DNA from: an uncultured virus (IMG/VR IMGVR_UViG_3300036781_000633)
Taxonomy: Duplodnaviria; Heunggongvirae; Uroviricota; Caudoviricetes
IMG/VR virus record: IMGVR_UViG_3300036781_000633
Length of the DNA: 64,000 nt
Direction: 5' to 3' (one strand)
This document shows positions 41,298-51,140 of the stretch, in pieces. How positions within the stretch are numbered: position 1 is the first letter of the stretch; the number at the start of each line of letters is the position of its first letter. A program made the position numbers and the translations under genes. The notes beneath the pieces were generated by a model. The model was given only the letters and a program-made list of their open reading frames with translations. It was not told where the DNA came from and did not search any database.

Positions 41298-43526
41298 TCA
41301 GCCTGCGACCTCGATGGTGAAGACGACATTTTTGGGGTTGGTGGCGGGTGCCTGGGACTTCGTGAGAACGACGGAGAGCGCGTCACCTGCAACCACCGTA
41401 GTGCCGCCGGTGGGACCGCCGACCGCAGTGGTAAATGCGATCACGATGCTGCCAGACTGCGCCACGTTATTTTTCCGGACGGTGTAAGTGATGTTGCCGG
41501 CGCCAGTGCCGACGACCTGGTGCACGCGCCAGTTGCGGATCGCGGCGGGTCTTGGCATGCGCGGCTCGATCGTCGTTGCGCTCGCGACCGCCAGATCTGA
41601 ACCGGGGGCCAGGAATAGCGCCGTGAGCGCAGCTCCGGTATCAATCACGCCGAACTGAATCTCGTGCGGCCCCACGCCGATCCAACCACCCGTGCCACCC
41701 GAGACACCAGCACCGGTCTCCTTGACGAAGAGCGTAGTAGCGACGCCGCCGCCCTGGTCGGTGACCATTGACCCAGCGGGTGCCGACACGTTGGCGACCG
41801 GCGTGGTGGCCGTGATCGCAATCTGCGTCCCCGGTTCGGCATTGCCCGAGCCGGTGACGCCGACATTCGTAGTAGGCGGCGCCATCGTCGCAGTCGAGCC
41901 GCCGATGAGAAGATTGTCCGCGCAGTACCGCCATCCCGCGAAGACCGCTCCGCCGCTCGAGACCCACTCGACGACCGTGGCGGTCCCCGGGTTTCGCACG
42001 TAGCACGACCGAACGGACGCATCGGTTAGATTATCGGCATTCGAAGCCCCGACTTGGATGCCAGACACCGTGTTCGCGGCAGAGCCGACGTCGGGGACCA
42101 CGAGCTCGCCCGAGTACGCGATGTGACTGGTCGCCCCAAGAGCGCCGCTCCGGTATTTCAACGCGACCGTCGGATTGACCGAGATCAGCCCTGACCAGAC
42201 GTTCCCGGACAACACCACCTGGCTGCCGCCTTGCGAATCGAAGAACCCGGCACCATTGCCGACCGCACCACAACTCGCCCCGCGGACCACGTTGTCCATA
42301 ACGGTCATCTGAAGCGGATCGGTCGTGGTGGCGATCAACGCGACTGGGATCCGAGCAAGAGTGGCATCCGTGACGTTGAAGGAGTTCGCGATCAGGGCGA
42401 GATTGGTGATCGAGTCCTGGAGCGAGATCGCCCCGGCGGCCGTGGTTGGCGAATCGAGGACGAGGACGTTGCCGATCAGGATGTGGCGGTCGACGAGTTG
42501 TCCGACGATGTCGCCGCCGTGCGCGATGGTGTTGTAGCCCGCGATGAGTCGAGTGGCTGCCGCACCCGACGTCCCGCCCAGCGTGAACGCCGGCGAGCCC
42601 TGGGAGTTGTGGTCGAGTTGGTTGCCGATGATGTCGATGTCGGTGATTTGCGCGGTACCCGATGGCTCGAAGTCGATCAACTGACCGTTCAGGACACCGG
42701 TCATGAAGTTGTAGGCGATCATCACGCGTGTGACGCCGCGCTGGAAACTCACGATCGACCGGCTGCCGCGCAGTCCGGTGCCCGGATCGTGGCCGTCGCA
42801 CGAATTGTAGAACACGCGCGTATCGTTCGTCGGAACGCCCGTGTCACCGGCGAGCCGAATCTGATCGCCGTGCGCCTGGCCGAAATAGCAGCCGATGACA
42901 TCGCAATCCTGCGTCCCCGAGCCCGCCGGATCCGCAATGGCGCCTTGGGGCTGGATCAGGTGGTTCTGGTTCGTCGCCTCGACGTTGGTGGCGAGCGCCG
43001 AGTCCATGAACAGGCTGATGAAGCGAATGCCCTTGGTGAAGTTGTGGAGCCGGAACAACACGGTCGACGTCGCGTGCTGGTCGCCCGAGATCCGAATCTG
43101 GCTGGCCTTGCCGTCGCCCAGAAACGTCAGGTTCTGGACGTTCGACACGGACAGGAGATCCTGGGTGCCAGCGTTCGGCTTGAGCACCGCGAACTGCCCG
43201 GGCGGCACGTAGATGGTCCCGCCGCCGGCCGCCTGCGCCGCCGCGATAGCCGCATTGATCGCCGCCCGGTTATCCGTGACACCATCACCGACCGCGCCGA
43301 AATCGACGATGTTGAAGATCCGGAGGTCGTAGTTCTGGCGCGACCAGCCCGCGATGTCGTGTGGCGAGGTCTTCAGGTAGATCTCGTGCTGGCTGCCGCT
43401 CGCGCGCAAGAGCCACGACGCGAGCGGTGCCGACGGAACCGGCTCGGTGACGTCGGGCGCCGTCGCGCTGCCGATCCAGTCAGCGAGGAGTGTATGGGCT
43501 CGGTCCGCGGATAACTCCTTGGCCAT
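41298..43526 (-). CDS. beta-helix (pectate-lyase-3-like) spike/depolymerase
   Basis: NIVDFGAVGDGVTDNRAAINAAI...IYVPPG; Asn-ladder repeats. Confidence 0.85.
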   Translation of the reverse strand: MAKELSADRAHTLLADWIGSATAPDVTEPVPSAPLASWLLRASGSQHEIYLKTSPHDIAGWSRQNYDLRIFNIVDFGAVGDGVTDNRAAINAAIAAAQAAGGGTIYVPPGQFAVLKPNAGTQDLLSVSNVQNLTFLGDGKASQIRISGDQHATSTVLFRLHNFTKGIRFISLFMDSALATNVEATNQNHLIQPQGAIADPAGSGTQDCDVIGCYFGQAHGDQIRLAGDTGVPTNDTRVFYNSCDGHDPGTGLRGSRSIVSFQRGVTRVMIAYNFMTGVLNGQLIDFEPSGTAQITDIDIIGNQLDHNSQGSPAFTLGGTSGAAATRLIAGYNTIAHGGDIVGQLVDRHILIGNVLVLDSPTTAAGAISLQDSITNLALIANSFNVTDATLARIPVALIATTTDPLQMTVMDNVVRGASCGAVGNGAGFFDSQGGSQVVLSGNVWSGLISVNPTVALKYRSGALGATSHIAYSGELVVPDVGSAANTVSGIQVGASNADNLTDASVRSCYVRNPGTATVVEWVSSGGAVFAGWRYCADNLLIGGSTATMAPPTTNVGVTGSGNAEPGTQIAITATTPVANVSAPAGSMVTDQGGGVATTLFVKETGAGVSGGTGGWIGVGPHEIQFGVIDTGAALTALFLAPGSDLAVASATTIEPRMPRPAAIRNWRVHQVVGTGAGNITYTVRKNNVAQSGSIVIAFTTAVGGPTGGTTVVAGDALSVVLTKSQAPATNPKNVVFTIEVAG

Positions 43527-45682
43527 TAGATGAGCTCCATCGTCGCAATCGCATTGGTCTGTCCGGCCGCCACGACGCCCGCCTTGACCACTGAGATCGA
43601 CAGCAGGTCTCCGGCCACGACCGTGAAGGAATGCGTGACGTCGCTGACGTTGGTGGGTGCCGCCGCCGCGTTGTCGGCGGAGACGGTCAGCGTGGTATCG
43701 ACGCCGTTCTTGCGTACCGTCCAGGTGACCGCACCTGCCGTGGTCCCGGTGCCTTGGATGCGCAGGAAGAGGTTGCGCACCGTACCCGGTCGAGTGACCG
43801 CCATCTGGATCTCAGTGGCGGTCGGTAGCGTGATGTACCCGGGCGCCATATAGACGGCAGTGGCGACGGTCGTCGTGGTGGCAACACCGAACGTGAGGAT
43901 GTCGCCGCCGATGCCGATCCACCCGGTGTTGCCGGTGCCGCTCTCCTTGTAGTAGACGGTCGTCGAGTCGCCGCCCGAACGGTTCAGGTACATCGAGCCG
44001 ATGCGCGCGGTAATCGCGGCCTCGGGCGTTCCGATGCCGGTCAAGAGTTGCGAGCCGAACGTGCCACCGTTCCATCCGATGATCGGATAGACCGTCGCGG
44101 TACCCGTCAGATTGATATCGCCCGTGCTCGAGTCGAAGTTGTTCGCGGCATACATCAACTTGCCGGTAAAGGACGCCTCGGCTCCGTTCTTCTCGAGGCC
44201 GTATGCCATCTGGTCGCCGAAGTTGCCGTTGACGGCGACATTGTTGATGGTCGAGCCGTTGATCTTCAGCAGCACGCCCGCCGCGAACGTCCCGGCGGCT
44301 GCCGTGATCTGGTTGCCTGCGATCAGCGTGTCGTCGACGACCGCCGTGGTCGCGTCGATCTCGATGCCGTAGACCGTGGTCGCGCCCGCGGTGTTCGTGT
44401 TGCGACAGAGATTGTTTCCGATCGACACCACCTTGATGTCGGCGGCGAGAATGAAGCCCGCGGAGGCAACCTCGTTGATCAGCATGTTGTTGCCGATACG
44501 AAGCCGGGTCGGCGTCTGGCCACCGGAAGTCTCAAGGCTGATACAGACCCCCGCCGAGGATCCGCCCGAACGGTCGATCGTGTTGCCCGAGAAGGCGAGA
44601 TCGGTCACGAGCCCGAACATGCGCCACGCCGCATTGCCGCTGGCAAACGCGCCCGACGTCTGGACGTTGCCCACAACGGTGGCTTGGATGGTCTGCGACA
44701 TCTCGACGAAGCCGCCGAAGATGATGTTGTTGGAGAACGTCGCGATGGAGACGAGCGTGGTCGTGGGACCGACCACTTGCATCGCGAGTTTGTCCGCGCC
44801 CGTGTGGATGAGCTCGTTGTTGCTGACGACGAGGCTCGAGATCGCGACATCCGTGGTGGAGTCGACGACAATCTCGCGCAGGCAGTTCGTCAGGTAGTTC
44901 TCGGTGACGAACGCATACGACACACCCTCCTTGATGTGGATGCCGTACTCGCCGACGCCATCAAACAGGCACTCGGCCACCCAGACGCGCTGGATGAGGT
45001 TCGCGGCGGCACCACGAAAGCGGACCCCGTCGCCCGACCCCGCGACCATGCCGGTGAACTTGCACCGGATGACGGAGATATCGAGCATGTTGCCGGCACC
45101 GAGCACCGTCGACGCATGGATGAGGTTGTCCGAGGTCGCGGGGTTGGTGACGCCGGATCCGTCGAGGACCATATCCATGAAGCGGATCGCCGAGCACGAG
45201 CCGCGAAGCTGGAACAGGTCCCAGGCGGCGGCGCCCGCGTTGCCGGACATCTTGATCACGGTCCCAAGCCCGGCGCCGACGAGTTGCATGTTCGTCGCGC
45301 CGTTCAAGATGAAGGAGTAGCCCAGCACGCCGTTCTGCGAGCACAGATACGTACCGCGCGGAAAGTAGACCTGGCCCTTGTTCGTGGACGCCTGGCACGC
45401 GTCGATAGCGGCCTGGATGGCGACCCGATCATCGGTGATGCCGTCGCCGACCGCGCCGTAGTCGCGGACGTTGTACCAGGCGAAGCTGTTCGCGAGCTTG
45501 GTCCACGCGGTGGCGGCAGCACCGGTCTTGAGCCACGCCTCGCCGATGGCTCCGCCGTTCTGGCGGAGGTAGAACGATGCGAGTTGCGCCGCGAGACCGC
45601 CGCCCGCGCTCGGATCGGCCGTCCCCGAGAGGAGGTCGACGATCTTGAGGCGGATTTGGTCGGCGGAAAGGATCTTGCTCAC
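43526..45682 (-). CDS. second beta-helix spike/depolymerase
   Basis: NVRDYGAVGDGITDDRVAIQAAI...VYFPRGTY; many xxGN/NN repeats. Confidence 0.85.
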   Translation of the reverse strand: MSKILSADQIRLKIVDLLSGTADPSAGGGLAAQLASFYLRQNGGAIGEAWLKTGAAATAWTKLANSFAWYNVRDYGAVGDGITDDRVAIQAAIDACQASTNKGQVYFPRGTYLCSQNGVLGYSFILNGATNMQLVGAGLGTVIKMSGNAGAAAWDLFQLRGSCSAIRFMDMVLDGSGVTNPATSDNLIHASTVLGAGNMLDISVIRCKFTGMVAGSGDGVRFRGAAANLIQRVWVAECLFDGVGEYGIHIKEGVSYAFVTENYLTNCLREIVVDSTTDVAISSLVVSNNELIHTGADKLAMQVVGPTTTLVSIATFSNNIIFGGFVEMSQTIQATVVGNVQTSGAFASGNAAWRMFGLVTDLAFSGNTIDRSGGSSAGVCISLETSGGQTPTRLRIGNNMLINEVASAGFILAADIKVVSIGNNLCRNTNTAGATTVYGIEIDATTAVVDDTLIAGNQITAAAGTFAAGVLLKINGSTINNVAVNGNFGDQMAYGLEKNGAEASFTGKLMYAANNFDSSTGDINLTGTATVYPIIGWNGGTFGSQLLTGIGTPEAAITARIGSMYLNRSGGDSTTVYYKESGTGNTGWIGIGGDILTFGVATTTTVATAVYMAPGYITLPTATEIQMAVTRPGTVRNLFLRIQGTGTTAGAVTWTVRKNGVDTTLTVSADNAAAAPTNVSDVTHSFTVVAGDLLSISVVKAGVVAAGQTNAIATMELI

Positions 45683-45690
45683 GGGCTACC

Positions 45691-46146
45691 TCATGCTTGG
45701 AAGATCAGAAACGAGAGGATGTCGCCGGCGGTCAGGTTCGCGCTGGTGATGACCCGGAACGTGGTCGTGGTGCGATCTCCCGCGAGCGTGTCGGGCAGAT
45801 CGAGGACCGGGATCAGCGTGACGCCCTTGGGCGACCAGTAGATCTCGTACGTGTCGTTCGGTAGCGCTGCTCCGGTGATGTTGACATTGAAGTCCGAGCC
45901 CTCGCCGCCCGTCGCGACGTAGTCCGTGGCGCGGAGGTTGGTGTTCTCCGCGATGAGCTTCGTCCACGCGGTGTTCGCACCACCGGTCTTGAAGTAGATG
46001 CCCGGGGTGTCGGTGCGCATCAGAAGCGAACCGAGCGGAGCTGCATAGCCGCCACCCGCCGTCGGGTCCGAGTTGATGGACGCGATGGTGGGCGTGACCG
46101 TACCGTTGGGATAGGCGACGACGGCGGATGCGAATGTTTTGGACAT
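45691..46146 (-). CDS. spike adaptor-like protein
   Basis: Shares its N-module with the spikes and its C-module with 46204-47070. Confidence 0.65.
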   Translation of the reverse strand: MSKTFASAVVAYPNGTVTPTIASINSDPTAGGGYAAPLGSLLMRTDTPGIYFKTGGANTAWTKLIAENTNLRATDYVATGGEGSDFNVNITGAALPNDTYEIYWSPKGVTLIPVLDLPDTLAGDRTTTTFRVITSANLTAGDILSFLIFQA

Positions 46147-46203
46147 GTGATCTCCCTGTACCCTTGGGTGTGAACCCCTACGCCACCCTGTGAGCCAGCG
46201 CGA

Positions 46204-47070
46204 TCACGTCGGATCGACCGCCTCGAAGTAGATGGTATCGCCAGCAGTGAGTGCCCCGGTGGTGATGCACCGGAACAGCAGCGTCGTCCGATCTCCGGCG
46301 AGGATGTCGGGAAAATCGAAGTCGACGATCATGTTGACGCCCTGGCACGTGCCGCTGACGAGATACGAGTCATTCGCTCGAGCGACGGGGAGGTTGACGC
46401 TGAAGTCCGAGCCTTCCGCGCCGGTCGCGTGGTAGAGGAACCGCTGCGAGTTGCCGCCACCGCCACCGCCACCGCCCTGATCATTGGTCGCGCCGACGTT
46501 GGCGATGGGCGTGCCGGGGTTGACGGTCGGCGTGCCGACGCGCCGGGCTCGCATCCAGTGCGCGGTGAACTCCGAGCTCTGGAGACCGGGCTGGTTGAAC
46601 GACATCACGGTGCCCCAGGCGGTCGTGCCGTCCTCGGACTCCTCGATCAGCACGGTGCCGCGGAACGCGCTGCCGACCTGCACGCTCTTGAATAGCCCCA
46701 GGCTCGAGGTGTCGACGGCCGCGCCGACGCCATCGGCGGCCGGCACGGGGATCGCCGCGAAGCCGGTACCGTCATCGGAGCCGCCGCAATCGACCTCGGG
46801 CGTACCGCCAGCTCGCGAGTTGAACGCGGACACGCGGGTCCGCAGCCAGTGCGCGGCGACCTGGATGGTCACCTGGCCGGGATTGGGGAACGACGCGACG
46901 GCGACCCATGTGCCCGCCTGCAGCGGATCGAGGTTCGCCTCGACGGCGATGATCGCGGCCAGATCGCCCGAGACCACGAGGGTCTTGAACGATCCGAACG
47001 AGCTCACGTCGACGGGCGTACCGGCGCCGTTCGCCGACGGAGTGGGGAGGTTGACGAATTGATTGGCCAT
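46204..47070 (-). CDS. beta-rich virion protein with two internal repeats
   Basis: PSANGAGTPVDVSSFGSFK versus PAADGVGAAVDTSSLGLFK. Confidence 0.65.
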   Translation of the reverse strand: MANQFVNLPTPSANGAGTPVDVSSFGSFKTLVVSGDLAAIIAVEANLDPLQAGTWVAVASFPNPGQVTIQVAAHWLRTRVSAFNSRAGGTPEVDCGGSDDGTGFAAIPVPAADGVGAAVDTSSLGLFKSVQVGSAFRGTVLIEESEDGTTAWGTVMSFNQPGLQSSEFTAHWMRARRVGTPTVNPGTPIANVGATNDQGGGGGGGGNSQRFLYHATGAEGSDFSVNLPVARANDSYLVSGTCQGVNMIVDFDFPDILAGDRTTLLFRCITTGALTAGDTIYFEAVDPT

Positions 47071-47073
47071 GGG

Positions 47074-47700
47074 TCAGCGCCTCCAGAGAAACCACAGCAG
47101 CGCCGCGGCGCCGCCGAGAAGGATGATCGAACCGATCGAGCCGCTGGTGACGGTCGCTTCCGCGAGCCAGTCGACCGGGTCCATGATGATGTCGAAACCG
47201 GTCTGGCCGTGCGCGTAGTCGGGGATCGGCACGTCGCGGACCTCCCAGTGGGTGTGGTTTGCGCCCGAGGTGGTGCCGACCTGATCGCCGCCTTGGAACG
47301 ACTGACCGACCGGCGCCATGTCCTGGTTGGCCGGATCGAGGTGCCCGAGCAGATGCGTCTTTCCGCTGACGCCCTCGAGCAGGATGATCCACGGCCCGTA
47401 GCCGCCGAACGGCGAGCTTGAGCCATCGGCGGCGGCGATCACCGTGGAGTTCTCGGGCGCGACGACGGGCGTGCCCGCCATCCCGAACACGTCGAGGCCC
47501 GGGTGCTTGCACGGGTACGAGCCGACGCCGCACGAGCCATCGGCGGGCGAGTTGCGCGCCTCGAGATAGCCGCCGTGGCTCCCCTGGATCAGTGGGTAGA
47601 TCGGTGGCTGCGGCTTGCCGTACTCGGGCGGCAACGTCGGGATGTCCGCGTTGCCGAGCGCCTGGTACGCGCGGCCTGCGCGCTCGAGCACGTAGGCCAT
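47074..47700 (-). CDS. M23 peptidase with C-terminal membrane anchor
   Basis: HPGLD (HxxxD), GTPVVAP, HLD, HTHWEVR (HxH), DPVDWL; TM plus RR tail. Confidence 0.88.
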   Translation of the reverse strand: MAYVLERAGRAYQALGNADIPTLPPEYGKPQPPIYPLIQGSHGGYLEARNSPADGSCGVGSYPCKHPGLDVFGMAGTPVVAPENSTVIAAADGSSSPFGGYGPWIILLEGVSGKTHLLGHLDPANQDMAPVGQSFQGGDQVGTTSGANHTHWEVRDVPIPDYAHGQTGFDIIMDPVDWLAEATVTSGSIGSIILLGGAAALLWFLWRR

Positions 47701-48878
47701 CAACGCCCCCGCGGTTTGATCTCGGCGCGCGTGCGTGGATAGTACGCCGCATCGAAGGCAGCCCGTTCCTCCCACGCCTTCACGCGCGCCCGGTCGGACT
47801 CGTCGGCCGCCGCCACGCGCGAGCGATGGGCCGCGACCTGACGCTGTTCGTCGGCCTTGAAGTCACCGAGGCTCATCGCGTAGCGGGGCGCCTCCCCGAA
47901 GTCATCCGCGCGGATCCTGTCCGCGTGCCGCGTGATGGCTCGCCATGCGCTGTCCGAGAGTTGCGGCAGCATGTCGCGTGCATCGGCGACGTACTCGGAG
48001 TGGTCGGGATCCTTGATGGCGCGGCCGTTCGCGAGCCCCTCGGCCCACATCTCGCCCGTGATCATCCCGTCCTTCAGCCTGAACTCACCCTCGATGTAGC
48101 GCAGCGCGCTCGCGAGCTCGTCGATGGTCGGAACCCGGGTGTGCCACGATGGATTGCGGCGATCTCGTCGCCGCTTGCTCGGGTTATTGCGCAGCGTCAT
48201 CTCTTGCCGCGCGGCATCGACGACCGAGTCGAGCGAGCCCTCGTGGAGCATCACGCGCGCCTGATCCTCGTCCATGTCGCCTTCGTTCAAGGCCACCGGG
48301 AAGTACTGGAACAGGAAAAAGTTGTCGCCCTGGTCTTCGTCCTCGACGATGTAATAGTCGCCGTCGACGCGGTTCGGATCGTTCGACGGCCCGAGATGCC
48401 ATGCTGGACTCGACCAGTCGGCGTTGAGGCCCGCGAAGGTCGGCTTGAGGTTCGCGGATTTCATCACATTCGCGATGTCGCGGCGCGCCGTCTTGCGGCC
48501 CCGCTTCCGCTGCGGTTGCACCGCGTGACGCGTCTCGCCCTCCCAGGTCAGATCCTGGCCATCGAACTCGACGTCGAAGATCGGGACCGCGTAGTTCGCC
48601 ATCCCGCGGACGCTCTCGCCCTGGGACATCTTCCACACGCCTTCGCCGAACGCGCGCGGGTTGGGGAACAGGTGCTCCACGGCGCGCCACATCTGATCGA
48701 CCGTCTGCGAGGCTCCATCGGAGAGGAGATCGAGTAGATCCTTGGCCGCGTCGTACGCGCCGGGCGGCGTCGCCGGTGCGCGCGACCTCGAGTAGCCGCG
48801 CCATGCAAGCACCCACAGCGAGTCGGCAATGCCACTAAGCACCTGACTCTCGACACTGGCGGACTTGCGGCTTGGCAT
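47700..48878 (-). CDS. hypothetical multi-domain protein with RRNP linker
   Basis: LRNNPSKRRRDRRNPS separates the domains. Confidence 0.6.
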   Translation of the reverse strand: MPSRKSASVESQVLSGIADSLWVLAWRGYSRSRAPATPPGAYDAAKDLLDLLSDGASQTVDQMWRAVEHLFPNPRAFGEGVWKMSQGESVRGMANYAVPIFDVEFDGQDLTWEGETRHAVQPQRKRGRKTARRDIANVMKSANLKPTFAGLNADWSSPAWHLGPSNDPNRVDGDYYIVEDEDQGDNFFLFQYFPVALNEGDMDEDQARVMLHEGSLDSVVDAARQEMTLRNNPSKRRRDRRNPSWHTRVPTIDELASALRYIEGEFRLKDGMITGEMWAEGLANGRAIKDPDHSEYVADARDMLPQLSDSAWRAITRHADRIRADDFGEAPRYAMSLGDFKADEQRQVAAHRSRVAAADESDRARVKAWEERAAFDAAYYPRTRAEIKPRGR

Positions 48879-48884
48879 GGCTGG

Positions 48885-49367
48885 CTATGCGTCCTTCGCG
48901 ATGTTCTTGTCGATGGCGACCTTCCACCGGCAGAGGCCGAGCCCGAACTCCATCCGGCGGACGTGGCCCTCAAGCTCCCACGTGCACTCGAACGCTTCGA
49001 TCGAGATCGTGCCCGCGTTGTCGGGCCCACCGGTGGTCTCGTACTCGATGTGCTTGCGCTGGCCCGGGATAGTCAGCGTATTGCGACATCGCGGGCAGAT
49101 CAGGTGGACGAACGGCGGTTCGCCGGCGACGTGATAGACGTCGGCCGTCATCACGAAGTCCTTGTACTGGATCAGCGGATGGCAGACGGCGGACTCGGAC
49201 AGTCGCATCGTCGATTGCATGCCCGCATGACTGGTCATTCCCGTCGGGTCGGGCGCGTCACCCGCGAGCTGCACCATCTCGCGCTTGTGCGGGCGCGCGA
49301 GCGCGGACGGCTCGTCGCCCAGGAGGCGGCGGACCGACGGATCGGAGAGGTTGATGTTGAGCGACAT
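48885..49367 (-). CDS. Cys-containing hypothetical protein
   Basis: CPRC...C...C. Confidence 0.6.
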   Translation of the reverse strand: MSLNINLSDPSVRRLLGDEPSALARPHKREMVQLAGDAPDPTGMTSHAGMQSTMRLSESAVCHPLIQYKDFVMTADVYHVAGEPPFVHLICPRCRNTLTIPGQRKHIEYETTGGPDNAGTISIEAFECTWELEGHVRRMEFGLGLCRWKVAIDKNIAKDA

Positions 49368-49410
49368 ATCGAATCCCCGGAGAGGGTTTAAAAGGACGAA
49401 ACACGTCGAG

Positions 49411-49686
49411 CTACGCCGCCGACTCGCTGCGCGCCTTGCGCTTTTTCATCATCATGAAGGCCAGGACGCCGATGCCGCCGATCAGGATGATCGTCGTCGT
49501 CGACGGACCTTGCTGCGCGGCGTACGCCGCCTGGAGGTCGGCCGCTTGCTGCTGCTGCGCGCCGATGGTCCGCTGGGTGGTCCCGAACCAGTTCACGACA
49601 CCGCCCACCGCGCTGCCGATGGTGTCGAGGATGCCGCCCATGCCGGAGTAGCCGGGGCGCGAGATCAGGTTGGACTTGACGAACAT
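49411..49686 (-). CDS. small tail-anchored membrane protein
   Basis: GYSGMGG; TTTIILIGGIGVLAFMMMKKRK. Confidence 0.7.
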   Translation of the reverse strand: MFVKSNLISRPGYSGMGGILDTIGSAVGGVVNWFGTTQRTIGAQQQQAADLQAAYAAQQGPSTTTIILIGGIGVLAFMMMKKRKARSESAA

Positions 49687-49689
49687 GAC

Positions 49690-50109
49690 CTACGCCTCTT
49701 TCTTCTTGCCCATCACCATTACGAGCACGATGGCGGCGCCGCCCAGTAGGAGGACGGTGCCCATATCGGGGCCGGTGGACGGCGGGACCGGGTAGTACGG
49801 CATCGTCGGGGTGGCCGTGCCGAAAATTCCCTTCAGCGCGGAACCGACACCGTCCCAGAATCCGCCGGTGGGGCCGCTCGAGGAGGAGGACGAGCCCGAG
49901 CTCGACGACGCCGGGGGCGCGGGGGGCGGCGTGCCGCCGGTCTCGACGCCATAGGCATTGATGTCGCCGGTGACGTCGTCGCCCATGTTGCGCGGCCACG
50001 TCGTGACACCGGCGCTACCGAATCCCTTCAGCGCGCGACGCATCGCGGGCGAGCGCTTCACGGCGCGCTTCCAGGAAGTAACGGCTCCTTGGTTGTCCTT
50101 CAGGTACAT
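49690..50109 (-). CDS. small tail-anchored membrane protein
   Basis: Basic leader then MGD; TVLLLGGAAIVLVMVMGKKK. Confidence 0.7.
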   Translation of the reverse strand: MYLKDNQGAVTSWKRAVKRSPAMRRALKGFGSAGVTTWPRNMGDDVTGDINAYGVETGGTPPPAPPASSSSGSSSSSSGPTGGFWDGVGSALKGIFGTATPTMPYYPVPPSTGPDMGTVLLLGGAAIVLVMVMGKKKEA

Positions 50110-50110
50110 G

Positions 50111-50416
50111 TCAGCCCTCGCTTGCGACCGGCGTGGTCGACGCGGGGTGCGTCGTCCTGGCCGTGTGGTGATCGGTGGTGTGCTTGCCCTTGCGGACGTG
50201 CTTGATGACGAGGAACGCCGCGAGCGCGATGCCCCCGATGACCACGTAGGTCATCATCGGCGATGACGTGTCGGGGTTGATGGTGCCGGGCGGAACGGCC
50301 GCGGGTGGAGCGACGGGCGGCAGCGCGAGACCACCGGCCATCGTGCCGGCGGGCGCACCAGTCGTGATCCCACCTGCAGCGGCAGCGGTCACCGTGCCCA
50401 TCGCGAGATAGCTCAC
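50111..50416 (-). CDS. small tail-anchored membrane protein
   Basis: GTG start MSYLAMG; YVVIGGIALAAFLVIKHVRK. Confidence 0.65.
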   Translation of the reverse strand: MSYLAMGTVTAAAAGGITTGAPAGTMAGGLALPPVAPPAAVPPGTINPDTSSPMMTYVVIGGIALAAFLVIKHVRKGKHTTDHHTARTTHPASTTPVASEG

Positions 50417-50823
50417 TTCTTCCTCCGCAAGAGGAAGTACGCGCCCAGCCCCAAGCCGCCGAGCAGCAGCACCGACGTGACCGGGAATCCCGAGCTCGAC
50501 ACCGCGCCGGTGGTCGGGTCGACGGTACCGACCACATTGCCATTGGCATCCACGCACTCGGTGGTGGTGCCATCGACGCTCGGGACAACGCGCGCGCACT
50601 GCGACGCGACGGTAGGCGCAGGATTGAGCGCCCACCCGAACGCGCCCTGGATCGCCTGCGTGATCACGTTCTGATCGGCGGCCGTCGGGGTGGGCGACGG
50701 CGGCAGCGGGTTGCCGTTCGAGTCGCACGGCGTGCCGCCGCAGTCATACGACGGCGTGCCGAGCGTCGACGAGACGGTGGCGCCGAGCGCGCCCATGCTC
50801 CGGCGCTTGTGGAAGTAGCTCAC
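50413..50823 (-). CDS. small tail-anchored membrane protein
   Basis: GTG start MSYFHKRRSMGALGA; VLLLGGLGLGAYFLLRRKK. Confidence 0.7.
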   Translation of the reverse strand: MSYFHKRRSMGALGATVSSTLGTPSYDCGGTPCDSNGNPLPPSPTPTAADQNVITQAIQGAFGWALNPAPTVASQCARVVPSVDGTTTECVDANGNVVGTVDPTTGAVSSSGFPVTSVLLLGGLGLGAYFLLRRKK

Positions 50824-51140
50824 GCGCCACCCTTGCGGAAGAACAGATACCAGGCGCCGACGCCGAGCCCGGCGACGATGCAGATCGTCCGTAGCGGGAG
50901 CGCCGGAGCCTGGGCGGTCGACGTCGACGTGGATGTCGAGGTGGTGGCATCCGGTGGGAGCGGAGTTGGAGGCATCGGGATCGGAGGCATCGGCACCGGC
51001 GGTGTGTACACCGGGTCGGTCGGCTGGATGAGTCCGGGCGGGACAATGCCGGTGTCGCCGCCGTTGCTGCCAGGGACGGCACCGAACCCCTGCATGCCGT
51101 TGGGCCATCCTCGGCCGCCCTTTTTCAGGAAGTAACTCAC
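50820..51140 (-). CDS. Pro-rich tail-anchored membrane protein
   Basis: GTG start MSYFLKK...GFGA; IVAGLGVGAWYLFFRK. Confidence 0.7.
   Translation of the reverse strand: MSYFLKKGGRGWPNGMQGFGAVPGSNGGDTGIVPPGLIQPTDPVYTPPVPMPPIPMPPTPLPPDATTSTSTSTSTAQAPALPLRTICIVAGLGVGAWYLFFRKGGA

Noticed and set aside
42231..45841. Long + strand ORFs (427 and 597 aa)
   Set aside because: Antisense shadows of the spike genes, common in high-GC DNA; no motifs.
38980..47070. Diversity-generating retroelement acting on the spikes
   Set aside because: No reverse transcriptase and no near-identical TR/VR pair seen; the shared modules are diverged.
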